Shown: one piece after another, positions 10,995 to 21,508 of the stretch
How positions within the stretch are numbered: the stretch's first letter is position 1
Layout: each line of letters begins with the position of its first letter
DNA from: Synechococcus sp. A15-24
GTDB lineage: Bacteria > Cyanobacteriota > Cyanobacteriia > PCC-6307 > Cyanobiaceae
Reading direction: 5' to 3'
Length of the DNA: 32,000 nt
Assembly: GCF_014280195.1 (NCBI RefSeq)
Contig: NZ_CP047960.1
Location: 150,001 to 182,000 of the forward strand
Program-made: the position numbers and the translations under genes
Notes under the pieces: generated by a model
Databases searched by the model: none
Seen by the model: the letters and a program-made list of their open reading frames with translations, nothing else
Told to the model about the DNA's origin: nothing

Positions 10995-12455
10995 ATGACA
11001 GAGGGAACCGGGCAGATCACAGCGGGCGTCACCGTGGAACATCACCTGCTGGCGGAAGTGGTGACGCGGCAGCTTGAAGCGATGCTCAGCGTCGGGAATT
11101 ACGACGCGGTGAAGCTGCTGTTGGAGCCGGTGCAGCCTGTGGATGTGGCTGAGGCTATTGGCAATCTTCCCCAGAACCTTCAGGCCATTGCCTTTCGCCT
11201 GCTCAGCAAGGACGAGGCCATCAGTGTTTACGAATACCTCGACACCGTCACCCAGCAGAACCTGCTGAGCCTGCTGCGCTCCGGCGAGATGCAGGAGGTG
11301 ATGGAAGAGATGTCGCCGGACGACCGGGCGCAGTTGTTTGAAGAACTGCCGGCCAAGGTGGTGCGTCAGCTGCTGGACCAGCTCAGCCCGGAGGAACGCA
11401 GGGTCACCGCTGAGCTTCTCGGCTACGAAGCGGAAACCGCCGGTCGTCTGATGACGACCGAGTACATCGCCCTGAAGGAGAACCAGACCGCCCTTGAGGC
11501 CCTCGACATCGTCCGTCGGCGCGCTCGCGAAACTGAGACCATTTATTCCCTGTACGTCACCGACAACGAACGCCGGCTCACCGGAATCCTGTCGTTGCGA
11601 GATCTGGTGACGGCTGATCCCGACACCCTGATCCGTGATGTGATGACGGAGGAGGTGCTCAGCGTTCGCACCAACACCGATCAGGAGAAGGTGGCCCGCA
11701 CGATCCAGCGCTACGACTTTCTGGCGGTGCCCGTGGTGGATCTGGAGCAGCGGCTGGTCGGCATCGTCACTGTGGATGACGTCATCGACGTGATCGAGCA
11801 GGAGGCCACCCGTGACCTCTATGCCGCCGGTGCCGTTCAGGCCGGTGATGAGGACGATTACTTCAGCAGCAACCTGTTCACCGTGGCCCGTCGCCGGGTG
11901 GTGTGGCTGGCGGTGCTAGTAGTGGCCAGCTTTTTCACCTCCGAGGTGATTGCCGCCAACGAGGAGGTGTTGCAGAAGGTTGTGCTGTTGGCGGCCTTCA
12001 TTCCGCTACTCGGCGGCACAGGGGGGAACGTGGGGGCCCAGAGCTCCACCGTGGTGATCCGCGGCCTCAGCACCCAGAGCATCAGTGCTTTGGGACCGCT
12101 GAAGGCTGTGGGTCGTGAGGCGATGGCCGGCGCCCTGCTGGGGATTTTGATGATAATCCTGGTCGTGCCCTTCGCCTGGTGGCGCGGCGAAAGCCCTCTG
12201 GTGGGCTTGTCGGTGGGCATGAGCCTGCTGGCGATCACCACCCTGGCAGCCACCGCCGGTGCGGCCTTTCCACTGCTGTTTGACCGGATGGGGTTGGACC
12301 CGGCGCTGATGTCCACCCCGTTCATCACCACTTGCACGGATGTGGCCGGCACCCTGATCTATCTCAAGACAGCGGAATGGCTGCTGGTCAACTTGCCGCA
12401 GTTGCTGACGGCTGCAGGTATTTCTACCCAAATCGCCCCAGTCATACTGTCCTGA
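10995..12455 (+). CDS. mgtE: Magnesium transporter MgtE
   Basis: 486 aa. MgtE N-domain (VDVAEAIGNLPQNLQAIAFRLLSKDEAISVYEYLD), tandem CBS region, and a C-terminal membrane domain with AAFIPLLGGTGGNVGAQSSTVVIRGL and PFITTCTDVAGTLIYL. Confidence 0.92.
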   Translation: MTEGTGQITAGVTVEHHLLAEVVTRQLEAMLSVGNYDAVKLLLEPVQPVDVAEAIGNLPQNLQAIAFRLLSKDEAISVYEYLDTVTQQNLLSLLRSGEMQEVMEEMSPDDRAQLFEELPAKVVRQLLDQLSPEERRVTAELLGYEAETAGRLMTTEYIALKENQTALEALDIVRRRARETETIYSLYVTDNERRLTGILSLRDLVTADPDTLIRDVMTEEVLSVRTNTDQEKVARTIQRYDFLAVPVVDLEQRLVGIVTVDDVIDVIEQEATRDLYAAGAVQAGDEDDYFSSNLFTVARRRVVWLAVLVVASFFTSEVIAANEEVLQKVVLLAAFIPLLGGTGGNVGAQSSTVVIRGLSTQSISALGPLKAVGREAMAGALLGILMIILVVPFAWWRGESPLVGLSVGMSLLAITTLAATAGAAFPLLFDRMGLDPALMSTPFITTCTDVAGTLIYLKTAEWLLVNLPQLLTAAGISTQIAPVILS

Positions 12456-12507
12456 GAGCTCCTTTACGATTCTTAGGGGTACGCTTTACATAACTCAAAG
12501 AAGCGCC

Positions 12508-13506
12508 ATGGCTCCCGCAGCTGCCACTGCTTCAAAACCTGCGACTGCCTCCCGCGGCGTCAGTGTTGACGTTGATCTGGTCCGTTCCTACCTGCGTGAC
12601 ATCGGCAGGGTTCCCCTGCTTACCCACGAGCAGGAAATCACCCTTGGCCGCCAAGTTCAAGACTTGATGGACATCGAGTCGATGCAGGCTGAATTGGAAA
12701 GTCGCGACGGCGACAAGCCCTCAGCCGACAAGCTGGCAAAGGCATCAGGTCTCACGTCACTCCAGCTCAAGCGTAAGTTGCAGCATGGACGTCGCGCCAA
12801 AGAGCGCATGGTGGCGGCCAACCTGCGCTTGGTTGTGAGTGTCGCCAAGAAGTACACCAAGCGGAACATGGAACTGCTGGATCTGATCCAGGAGGGAACG
12901 ATCGGTTTGGTGCGGGGTGTGGAGAAATTTGACCCCACCCGTGGTTACAAGTTCTCCACCTATGCCTACTGGTGGATCCGTCAGGGCATCACCCGGGCGA
13001 TTGCTGAGAAAAGCCGCACCATCCGGCTGCCAATTCACATCACTGAGATGTTGAACAAGCTCAAGAAGGGTCAGCGGGAGCTGAGCCAGGAGCTGGGCCG
13101 CACTCCTACCGTCACCGAGTTGGCTGAGTATGTGGAACTTCCTGAGGACGACGTCAAGGATCTGATGTGCCGTGCTCGTCAGCCCGTGAGCCTCGAGATG
13201 AAGGTCGGTGATGGGGATGACACCGAGCTCCTCGAGCTGTTGGCTGGTGATGCTGATCTGCCCAGTGACCAGGTTGAAGAGGACTGCATGAAAGGAGACC
13301 TGCGCAGCCTCTTGGGTCAACTGCCCCATCTGCAGGAGCAGGTGCTTCGCATGCGTTACGGCATGGATGGCGAAGACCCCATGAGCCTCACCGGCATCGG
13401 CCGCATCCTGGGCATGAGCCGCGATCGTGTCCGCAATCTGGAGCGGGACGGTCTAGCCGGCCTACGCCGAATCAGCGATCAGGTTGAGGCTTACGTTGCT
13501 AGTTAA
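12508..13506 (+). CDS. RNA polymerase sigma-70 factor, group 2 (RpoD family)
   Basis: 332 aa. DLVRSYLRDIGRVPLLTHEQEITLGR, ANLRLVVSVAKKYTKRNMELLDLIQEGTIGLVRGVEKFDPTRGYKFSTYAYWWIRQGITRAIA, IRLPIHITE, and region 4 LTGIGRILGMSRDRVRNLE. Confidence 0.92.
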   Translation: MAPAAATASKPATASRGVSVDVDLVRSYLRDIGRVPLLTHEQEITLGRQVQDLMDIESMQAELESRDGDKPSADKLAKASGLTSLQLKRKLQHGRRAKERMVAANLRLVVSVAKKYTKRNMELLDLIQEGTIGLVRGVEKFDPTRGYKFSTYAYWWIRQGITRAIAEKSRTIRLPIHITEMLNKLKKGQRELSQELGRTPTVTELAEYVELPEDDVKDLMCRARQPVSLEMKVGDGDDTELLELLAGDADLPSDQVEEDCMKGDLRSLLGQLPHLQEQVLRMRYGMDGEDPMSLTGIGRILGMSRDRVRNLERDGLAGLRRISDQVEAYVAS

Positions 13507-14263
13507 TTTTGTTGAGATTGGAGAAACTTTCTCTGTATCTTAAGCTTACTTTTTGTTCTTGGAATAACGGTTCGGGATATTTTTTCGTTTTCAATTTTTC
13601 ATCATAGCCATAAATAATAAAATCTTGCATGTAAAATCGCCTTATTAGCTTTTCTTCTTGCTTATTGATATCATTAATGTATGAAATTAAGGCACCTGTT
13701 TTATGAGCATTCTTTTCTTTGATCCATATGTTGTGTGATCGAAGGTAGTGAGCTAAATCATTAAAATGTTCAATCCTTGCGGTGTATCTTGGAGTAATAT
13801 CTGAGTGGTGCAAATTAAAATGTTGGCACCTATAATGCATATCCATTGTTTCTGGGTTAGGGTCATTAAGGAGTGCCCTTAAGAAATCACAGAAAGTTGG
13901 CTGTTTGTCTTTTTCAAATCCAAATCGTTTGCAAAATGGATGCCAGACGGCACTAGGATTAATTTCTTTATTAGGTCCTATTTTATTCTTGAAGCAAGAA
14001 AGAGCTCTGCTGAAGGGATTTCGGGTGATGCAAAAAAAATCATGATCTAAGTTTGGCGGAAGACCAAATCTTTTCTCTGCCTCACTATGAACATTGCCAT
14101 CAAAGCCTCCAAGCATTGAATTCTTTATGGTAGAACAAGCTACTTTGGGATTTGAAATAAAAGTAATTTTGTGCTCTGGCGAGTAAAGAATATTTTTTTG
14201 TGAATTGTGAAATTGATTGATTGGCATTTTTATTTTGGTTTGAGGTAAAGGGAAGGATTCCAT
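13499..14263 (-). CDS. Carbohydrate sulfotransferase (Sulfotransfer_2 / HNK-1ST-like)
   Basis: 254 aa. ITFISNPKVACSTIKNSM mirrors the PKVACS 5'-PSB motif of CHST-type enzymes. ITRNPFSRALSCFKNK is a 3'-PB-like motif. An alternative start is at Met13. Confidence 0.7.
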   Translation of the reverse strand: MESFPLPQTKIKMPINQFHNSQKNILYSPEHKITFISNPKVACSTIKNSMLGGFDGNVHSEAEKRFGLPPNLDHDFFCITRNPFSRALSCFKNKIGPNKEINPSAVWHPFCKRFGFEKDKQPTFCDFLRALLNDPNPETMDMHYRCQHFNLHHSDITPRYTARIEHFNDLAHYLRSHNIWIKEKNAHKTGALISYINDINKQEEKLIRRFYMQDFIIYGYDEKLKTKKYPEPLFQEQKVSLRYRESFSNLNKIN

Positions 14264-14288
14264 TTTATTTTGAGGGATATTTTATTGA

Positions 14289-15125
14289 TTAAATTTGATG
14301 TATTTGTTCCCATTGCCGGCGATTTGTTGTTCCCTGGCATGCCTGTAATAAATTGCTGTTAAGGATTCTCGTTGCTTTTTTGTGGCCAATAAGTTCATAG
14401 CCTAATTGATAGAGAGTTGTTGGATGTTCGGAAAGAATTGTGTTGATGATGTCAATGCCTTCGTCTCCTAAAAATGCTAGATGGCGTGGAGTCATGTTTG
14501 TGATTGATTTCATGAGCGTATTTTTTTTGCCTTTAATATTTGTGGTTATAATTTTATTCTTTTCATTCTTTTGAAGTTGCTTTAAGGCTTTTTGAGCTGC
14601 TTGCTCTGGATGCACACAGAAGTGTTCATATTTTATTAGGGGAAGGTTTTGGAAATTTTGTACATTTTCTAGTTGAAATTTTGCTTTGTCAAGCCATGAA
14701 TAGCTTAATCTTTGCGCTGCATTTTTGAAGGTTTCATTTTTGCTGTAGCGGTGAATGCATGAAGATATGTGCAGGTAAGGATTGCTGATGAAAAGGCATG
14801 CGCCCTTCGGTTTGAAATAATCCTGGATTGATTTAATGCGAATCATGTTTGGGGGACTTGATTCGATAAAAATTTTCTTGCTTGCATTTGTTAGATATTT
14901 CCTCCATGTTGACTTAATAAACTCCCAGTCCATTTTTGTTTGCGGGTTCCATGGATCTTTTCTCATCATGTCGGTAACCTCGGGTATCCACTGTCCCTCA
15001 TTATTTCCGTGCGGGGGAAGATATCCATCAAGTATATTATTGGCAAGCAGTTGACTGAAAACGGTGCTGCCAGAATTGTTGAGGGTAAAAACGAAATAGA
15101 ATGGATCAATGTGTGTTGAAAGCAT
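14289..15125 (-). CDS. Sulfotransferase-like protein (divergent, Sulfotransfer_1/3-like)
   Basis: 278 aa. YFVFTLNNSGSTVFSQLL sits at the 5'-PSB position, but with Asn where Lys/Arg is usual. FISNPYLHISSCIHRY resembles the R/N-P-x...S 3'-PB motif. AT-rich, in tandem with the previous gene. Confidence 0.5.
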   Translation of the reverse strand: MLSTHIDPFYFVFTLNNSGSTVFSQLLANNILDGYLPPHGNNEGQWIPEVTDMMRKDPWNPQTKMDWEFIKSTWRKYLTNASKKIFIESSPPNMIRIKSIQDYFKPKGACLFISNPYLHISSCIHRYSKNETFKNAAQRLSYSWLDKAKFQLENVQNFQNLPLIKYEHFCVHPEQAAQKALKQLQKNEKNKIITTNIKGKKNTLMKSITNMTPRHLAFLGDEGIDIINTILSEHPTTLYQLGYELIGHKKATRILNSNLLQACQGTTNRRQWEQIHQI

Positions 15126-15173
15126 ATTGTTAGCATCGATGAGTCAGGTGTTTTGATTTGGCGTCTATTGGCA

Positions 15174-16082
15174 TTATCCTATTATTTTTTTTAAGGCAGC
15201 ATTAGTTGCGATTGGTTCCTCATCGTGGGGGCAGTGACCCATGCCTTTGATGACCGTTAATGATTTTACGCAACTGATGCTCTTGGCCCACTGTTGTGCT
15301 TCAGCTAGAGGTTCCCATGGGTCCTGTTCTCCCCAGATCAGATGTACCGGCACAGACAGGTTTTGCATGAGAGCCGGTGCTAAATGGTCGTCGAACAGGT
15401 TGATGAAGCCTCGGAAGGCTTCTGCTGCACCATCACGCTGGGTGGGTTGGAACAGCAAGTTCACCAGCTCGTCATCAATGTTGTTGCCGCTGGGGTAGGC
15501 CTGCTTCAGCACGCTGCGGATCACCCCAGGGCGGGCGGCATTGCGGAACAACGCTGTGCTCAGCCAGCGCTGTCGCACCATCGTTTTCAGCAGCGGTCGG
15601 ATCCAGGCCATCCAGGCTGGCTGCGTGGCCAGTTGCTTGTCGTCCATCAGCCGCTGAGCACAGTCGATCAGCACCACACCTCGGCATTGATCCTGAAGTA
15701 GTTGCGCGGTCCGTAATGCCACGACACCACCGATCGAGTTGCCCACCAACAGCACCGGTCGACCGATCACCTCTCGACAGAAGTCCGCCACCTGCTGCCC
15801 CCAGAGGTCAAAGCCGTAGTGCACCGATCCCTCCTGCTCCGCTTCATCCTTCAAGCGGGCCCGGGGTTGATCACTGCGCCCAAACCCCAGCAAATCAATG
15901 GCGTAGGTGGGTACCAGCTCCGCCAGCACCGGTTGGTTGAAACGCCAATGCTCGGTGTTGGCTCCGAATCCATGGATGAGCAGAACCGCGAAAGGTGCTG
16001 ACGTCACTCCCATCAACGACCAACCCAGTGCATGGCCGTTCCAGTTCCAGAGGTCGCGCGAGTGGGTCACGCCATTCAGCAA
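15174..16082 (-). CDS. Alpha/beta hydrolase fold protein
   Basis: 302 aa with a TTG start. WNWNGHALGW...VLLIHGFGANTEHWRFNQPVLAELVPTYAIDLLGFGRSDQP, nucleophile elbow GNSIGG and a C-terminal GHCPHDE. Confidence 0.85.
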   Translation of the reverse strand: MLNGVTHSRDLWNWNGHALGWSLMGVTSAPFAVLLIHGFGANTEHWRFNQPVLAELVPTYAIDLLGFGRSDQPRARLKDEAEQEGSVHYGFDLWGQQVADFCREVIGRPVLLVGNSIGGVVALRTAQLLQDQCRGVVLIDCAQRLMDDKQLATQPAWMAWIRPLLKTMVRQRWLSTALFRNAARPGVIRSVLKQAYPSGNNIDDELVNLLFQPTQRDGAAEAFRGFINLFDDHLAPALMQNLSVPVHLIWGEQDPWEPLAEAQQWAKSISCVKSLTVIKGMGHCPHDEEPIATNAALKKIIG

Positions 16083-16109
16083 GGTGACGAGAACCTAGGA
16101 GGTTTGACC

Positions 16110-16676
16110 TCAGTGGCTCCTGGTCTGCCCAAGCAGCCAGGCGCTGAAGGCCAGCATCAACACACCAGCGCAGAACATCAGCAACTCAGTGATTGTGCTG
16201 ACTTGGAATCCCACCATAGATTTGAAGGCGGTCACGATTAATGCCACCACAATCACTTTGGTCAGTTTTTGTTTGAGTCCATCCAACGATTCGATGTTCA
16301 GTAGGTTGCGCCGAATCTCGGAAGGATCCTGCTGGCAGGGATCGATGTCTGATATCACCAACTCGTAAATGCCGTAACCAAAAATCAGCAAGGCGATGCC
16401 GATCAGGTAGTAGTCGATTCCACCGACCACCTTGCCGATCAGAAGGGTACTGTTGGTGTAGGTGAAATGGCCCTGTAGAACCTTGTTGAGCGCGCTGAGT
16501 TCGGCATAGGTGCCGATCGCAAAGCAGCTCACACTGCCCAACAAGCTCATGACTACGGGGATCAGTGTGATCAACCGGAACTTCCAGATCAGCCGCTCAA
16601 AACTCCGCTCCATCGGGCTGGCTTGGAGACGTCCTCGTTGGGTCATGGAAAAGGATCCGCAGGGTATGGCTAGCAC
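16110..16676 (-). CDS. YqhA/UPF0114-like integral membrane protein
   Basis: MERSFERLIWKFRLITLIPVVMSLLGSVSCFAIG resembles the UPF0114 N-terminus, and there are 3-4 hydrophobic segments. The true start may be Met11 (16646) or Met22 (16613). Confidence 0.6.
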   Translation of the reverse strand: MLAIPCGSFSMTQRGRLQASPMERSFERLIWKFRLITLIPVVMSLLGSVSCFAIGTYAELSALNKVLQGHFTYTNSTLLIGKVVGGIDYYLIGIALLIFGYGIYELVISDIDPCQQDPSEIRRNLLNIESLDGLKQKLTKVIVVALIVTAFKSMVGFQVSTITELLMFCAGVLMLAFSAWLLGQTRSH

Positions 16677-16681
16677 TTCGC

Positions 16682-17854
16682 TTGGTCACGCCAATTCCTG
16701 TGACGCAAGGCATGGCCCAGCAGACTTCTCCCATGACCGGTCTGTCTGCTGGTGCGGCACCGCCGATGACCCGGGCTCTGCTGGCCTGGTGGGAAGTGCA
16801 TGGCCGGAAGGATCATGCGCTCAAGCCGTGGATGTTCACCAAAAACGGCAGGTGGCCTGAACCCCACGAACATCTCGATGTCCTGCAGTGCTGGATTGCT
16901 GAGGTGATGCTGCAGCAAACCCAGCTGTCGGTTGTGCTCCCTTACTGGGAGCGATGGATGGCTGTTTTCCCCACGTTGGACGCATTGGCCGCGGCATCTC
17001 TCGAGCAGGTTCGGCTGCAATGGCAGGGCCTTGGTTATTACTCGCGGGCTCGCCGTTTGCATGAGGCGGCACAGCTGCTGTTGGGTCGACCCTGGCCCCG
17101 CACTTTGGCGGGGTGGATGGCCTTGCCGGGCATCGGCCGCACCACCGCGGGCAGCATCCTCTCCAGTTCCTTCAATCTCCGGTTGCCGATCCTCGATGGC
17201 AACGTCAAACGGGTGTTGGCGCGATTGACGGCCCATCCGCGCCCTCCGGCCAGGGACGCGGCCATGTTCTGGTTTTGGAGCGAAGCCCTGCTTGATCCGC
17301 TGAGGCCTCGGGATACCAACCAGGCGTTGATGGATCTGGGGGCAACGGTTTGTACCCCCCGCAACCCCGACTGTGGGAGGTGTCCGTGGCAGTCCAGTTG
17401 CGCTGCTTACGCTGCCGGCGATCCGACCAGCTGGCCGATGAGCGATGCCCAGAAACCCCTGCCCTTTCAGGTCATTTGCGTCGGTGTTGTGTTCAATGCC
17501 CAAGGAGAGTTGTTGATCGACCAGCGTTTGGAGAAGGGGCTTCTCGGCGGCTTGTGGGAGTTCCCCGGTGGAAAACTGGAAGAGGGCGAAACGATCGAAA
17601 CCTGTATTGCCCGAGAGTTGCAGGAGGAACTTGGCATTGCTGTGACGGTCGGCGCCGAATTGATCACCGTCGATCACGCCTACAGCCACAAGAAATTGCG
17701 TTTTGTGGTGCATCTCTGCACATGGGTTTCAGGAGATCCCCAGCCGTTGGCCAGCCAGCAGGTGCGCTGGGTGCGGCCCGAGGAACTGAAGAATTTCCCT
17801 TTCCCAGCCGCCAACGCACGGATCATTGAGGCCTTGCTTGGCAGCTTGGGCTGA
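16682..17854 (+). CDS. mutY: A/G-specific adenine DNA glycosylase
   Basis: WIAEVMLQQTQLSVVLPYWERWM, HhH-GPD block GLGYYSRARRLH...LPGIGRTTAGSILS, 4Fe-4S loop CTPRNPDCGRCPWQSSC and a NUDIX-like C-terminal GGLWEFPGGKLEEGET. The start is probably an internal Met (16712 or 16766). Confidence 0.9.
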   Translation: MVTPIPVTQGMAQQTSPMTGLSAGAAPPMTRALLAWWEVHGRKDHALKPWMFTKNGRWPEPHEHLDVLQCWIAEVMLQQTQLSVVLPYWERWMAVFPTLDALAAASLEQVRLQWQGLGYYSRARRLHEAAQLLLGRPWPRTLAGWMALPGIGRTTAGSILSSSFNLRLPILDGNVKRVLARLTAHPRPPARDAAMFWFWSEALLDPLRPRDTNQALMDLGATVCTPRNPDCGRCPWQSSCAAYAAGDPTSWPMSDAQKPLPFQVICVGVVFNAQGELLIDQRLEKGLLGGLWEFPGGKLEEGETIETCIARELQEELGIAVTVGAELITVDHAYSHKKLRFVVHLCTWVSGDPQPLASQQVRWVRPEELKNFPFPAANARIIEALLGSLG

Positions 17855-17889
17855 TCTGGTCAGCCTGAGGGAAGCCTTGACAATCCCTG

Positions 17890-18849
17890 GTGCAGCTCTC
17901 CTCGATGGTCGTCTGCCTGGGTGAAGCTCTGGTCGATCGTCTGGGTCCCCTTGGTGGTGACCCGGCGGTCGACGGTCCTGTGGATGATCGCCTTGGCGGA
18001 GCGCCCGCCAATGTGGCCTGTGGTCTAGCCCGACTGGGTACACCGGTGGGGTTTTTCGGTTGCCTAGGTGATGACCTCATTGGCGAACAGTTTTCAGCTC
18101 TGTTTCAGCAGCGCGGCGTCGAGAGCTCCGGCCTCCAGATGAACCCGGATCGCCCGTCCAGGATCGTTTTGGTGCGTCGCAACCAGAAAGGAGAACGCCA
18201 GTTTCAGGGGTTTGCCGGCGATCAAGGCCAGGGATTTGCTGATCAGGCGTTGGGTCCCATCCACCTTCCAAAGGGAGCCTGCTGGCTGTTGGTGGGCACC
18301 ATCCCCTTGGCAACTGCCACATCGGCGTCAACGCTGAAGGCCGTCTTGGATCAGGCCCGCCAGCACGGCACCGCCGTCGCCCTGGATGTGAACTGGCGAC
18401 CCACGTTCTGGGATGCCGCTGCCGATCCCGCGGCGGGTCCGTCCTCTGATGCCATCGCAGTCATGCGTCCGCTGCTGGAGCAAGCGGCCCTGATCAAGCT
18501 GGCGCGGGAGGAGGCGATCTGGTTGTTCGGCTCAACGGACCCGCAGGCCATCAGTGCTCAGCTCCCTCAGGCTCCGGATGTGGTGGTGACAGACGGGGCA
18601 GAACCGGTGCGTTGGTGGATGGATGGTGCATCTGGCACGCAGCCTGCTTTTCAGCCGCCGCAGGTGGTGGACACCACCGGTGCTGGTGATGCCTTCACGG
18701 CTGGTCTGTTGCACCGTTGGGCTGCAGCACCCAGAGAGCGAATCCGTTTTGCGGCCGCCTGCGGCGCCCTGGTTTGTGGAGGTGCGGGTGGCATTGATCC
18801 GCAGCCCACAGAAGCTCAGGTGGAGGCGTTTTTGGGTGGCTTGAGCTGA
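17890..18849 (+). CDS. PfkB-family carbohydrate kinase (fructokinase-like)
   Basis: VVCLGEALVDRL, GGAPANVACGLARLGTPVGFFGCLGDD and the C-terminal DTTGAGDAFTAGLL signature. The start is GTG 17890 or ATG 17905. Confidence 0.85.
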   Translation: MQLSSMVVCLGEALVDRLGPLGGDPAVDGPVDDRLGGAPANVACGLARLGTPVGFFGCLGDDLIGEQFSALFQQRGVESSGLQMNPDRPSRIVLVRRNQKGERQFQGFAGDQGQGFADQALGPIHLPKGACWLLVGTIPLATATSASTLKAVLDQARQHGTAVALDVNWRPTFWDAAADPAAGPSSDAIAVMRPLLEQAALIKLAREEAIWLFGSTDPQAISAQLPQAPDVVVTDGAEPVRWWMDGASGTQPAFQPPQVVDTTGAGDAFTAGLLHRWAAAPRERIRFAAACGALVCGGAGGIDPQPTEAQVEAFLGGLS

Positions 18850-19313
18850 GCCCGTCGTCCTGTCTGCAGATAGGTGAGCTCCAACCGCCAGGCCTCCGGG
18901 AGTTGAAGTCCCAGTCGCTCCGGCCACTCCACAGCCATCAGGGCCCCGAGGGCACGCGCCTCCTCTTCCTCCTGCAAAAACAGCTCATCCGCTGACCCAG
19001 GAGCCTCCAGTCGGTAGAGATCGAGATGCACGAGGGGCGGATTCCCGTCCGGGTAGTGCTGGGCCAAGGCGAAGGTCGGACTGGTGATCGGTTCCGTGAT
19101 GCTGCAGGCCTGTGCAAGGCCCTGCACGAGGGAGGTTTTGCCTGCACCCAGTTCTCCCTGGAGCAACAGGATGCTTCCCCTTGGCAGTTTCCTCAGCAGG
19201 TGCTCCCCCAGTCGCCGGGTCGTCTCAAGGGTCTCAAGCTCCCAGACACACTGTGTAAAGTCCGGTCCAAGCGAGCCCGAAGCCTCGGAGTCTCTGCAGA
19301 GATTCACCTCCAC
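18816..19313 (-). CDS. tsaE: tRNA t6A37 biosynthesis ATPase TsaE (YjeE)
   Basis: TTRRLGEHLLRKLPRGSILLLQGELGAGKTSLVQGLA...ITSPTFALAQHY...LVHLDLYRLE. The start may be further downstream than 19313. Confidence 0.85.
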   Translation of the reverse strand: MEVNLCRDSEASGSLGPDFTQCVWELETLETTRRLGEHLLRKLPRGSILLLQGELGAGKTSLVQGLAQACSITEPITSPTFALAQHYPDGNPPLVHLDLYRLEAPGSADELFLQEEEEARALGALMAVEWPERLGLQLPEAWRLELTYLQTGRRAQLKPPKNAST

Positions 19314-19335
19314 GTTTCCCAGGGAGCATTAAGTC

Positions 19336-20766
<1,431 letters not shown>

Positions 20767-20788
20767 TCCACCAATCGGCGGATTGTTC

Positions 20789-20838
20789 AGCCCCATGGAA
20801 GACTTGCGCGATCACGCTCAGGCTCCATGGGGCTTTCT
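20789..20838 (+). terminator. Stem-loop between ahcY and the DedA gene (possible ahcY terminator that also buries the DedA start codon)
   Basis: An 11-bp perfect inverted repeat, AGCCCCATGGA (20789-20799) and TCCATGGGGCT (20824-20834), with a 24-nt loop, followed by TTTCT. The DedA ATG (20827-20829) lies in the 3' arm. Confidence 0.3.
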
Positions 20839-21486
20839 GATGCCATCACGCAGCTGCCGCAGCTGATCGGTCAGGCGGTGGAGGCGAACCAATGGCTGGG
20901 GTACACCGCCATTTTTGCGGCGATGTTTCTGGAGAACCTGTTCCCGCCGATTCCTTCCGAATTGATCATGCCCCTCGGGGGGTTTTATGTGCAGCAGGGT
21001 CAGCTGGATCTGGTGCCGGTGGTGCTGGCCGGACTCTTGGGAACGGTGCTCGGTGCTCTTCCTTGGTATGGGATCGGTCGACTGATCAACGAAGAAAGAA
21101 TTGAGCAGTGGCTTGGCAACCACGGTCGCTGGATCGGCATCAGCCCCGAAGAACTGGGACGCAGTCGCCGTTGGTTTGGCCGCTATGGAACGGCACTGGT
21201 GTTCTGGGGCCGGCTGGTGCCCGGCATCCGCACCTTGATCTCTGTGCCGGCTGGCATCGAGATGATGCCGATGGCCCCGTTTCTGCTCTGGACAACAGCC
21301 GGCAGCCTGATCTGGACCGTCCTGCTCTCTGTGGCGGGGATGGCGCTTGGCGAGGGCTATAGCAACGTTGAACTGTGGATCGACCCGGTTTCCAAAGCCG
21401 TGAAGGTGCTGCTGGTGGTGGCTGTTCTTGCTGGGGCGATCTGGCTGGGGCTGCGGGTCTGGTGCCGGCGTCAGTCGTCCGACTGA
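20827..21486 (+). CDS. DedA-family membrane protein
   Basis: 219 aa. YTAIFAAMFLENLFPPIPSELIMPLGG and WFGRYGTALVFWGRLVPGIRTLISVPAG are typical DedA/SNARE-associated motifs. Confidence 0.85.
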   Translation: MGLSDAITQLPQLIGQAVEANQWLGYTAIFAAMFLENLFPPIPSELIMPLGGFYVQQGQLDLVPVVLAGLLGTVLGALPWYGIGRLINEERIEQWLGNHGRWIGISPEELGRSRRWFGRYGTALVFWGRLVPGIRTLISVPAGIEMMPMAPFLLWTTAGSLIWTVLLSVAGMALGEGYSNVELWIDPVSKAVKVLLVVAVLAGAIWLGLRVWCRRQSSD

Positions 21487-21508
21487 CCGCCGGCGTCAAC
21501 CGCTGGCT

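Larger units (their letters stand above)
13499..15173. other. AT-rich genomic islet 2 (tandem sulfotransferases) between the sigma-factor and alpha/beta-hydrolase genes
   Basis: The sampled line 13561-13620 is about 28% G+C against flanks near 60%. The AT-rich tract starts exactly at the sigma-factor stop and continues to about 15215, inside the last codons of the hydrolase. No mobility genes, tRNA or flanking direct repeats were found by eye. Confidence 0.7.

Noticed and set aside
12463-12492. HLR1-like (RpaB box) half-sites TTTACGAT and TTTACATA upstream of the sigma-factor gene
   Set aside because: Canonical HLR1 is two 8-nt direct repeats separated by 2 nt. Here the starts are 22 nt apart, and the sequences 10 nt from each half-site do not match. 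The pair may simply be -35/-10-like elements (TTTACG-17 nt-TTACAT).
16670-17713. 347-aa minus-strand ORF
   Set aside because: Antisense to mutY, which has clear HhH-GPD and Fe-S motifs. The sequence is Arg/Pro/Gly/Gln-rich with no domain signature.
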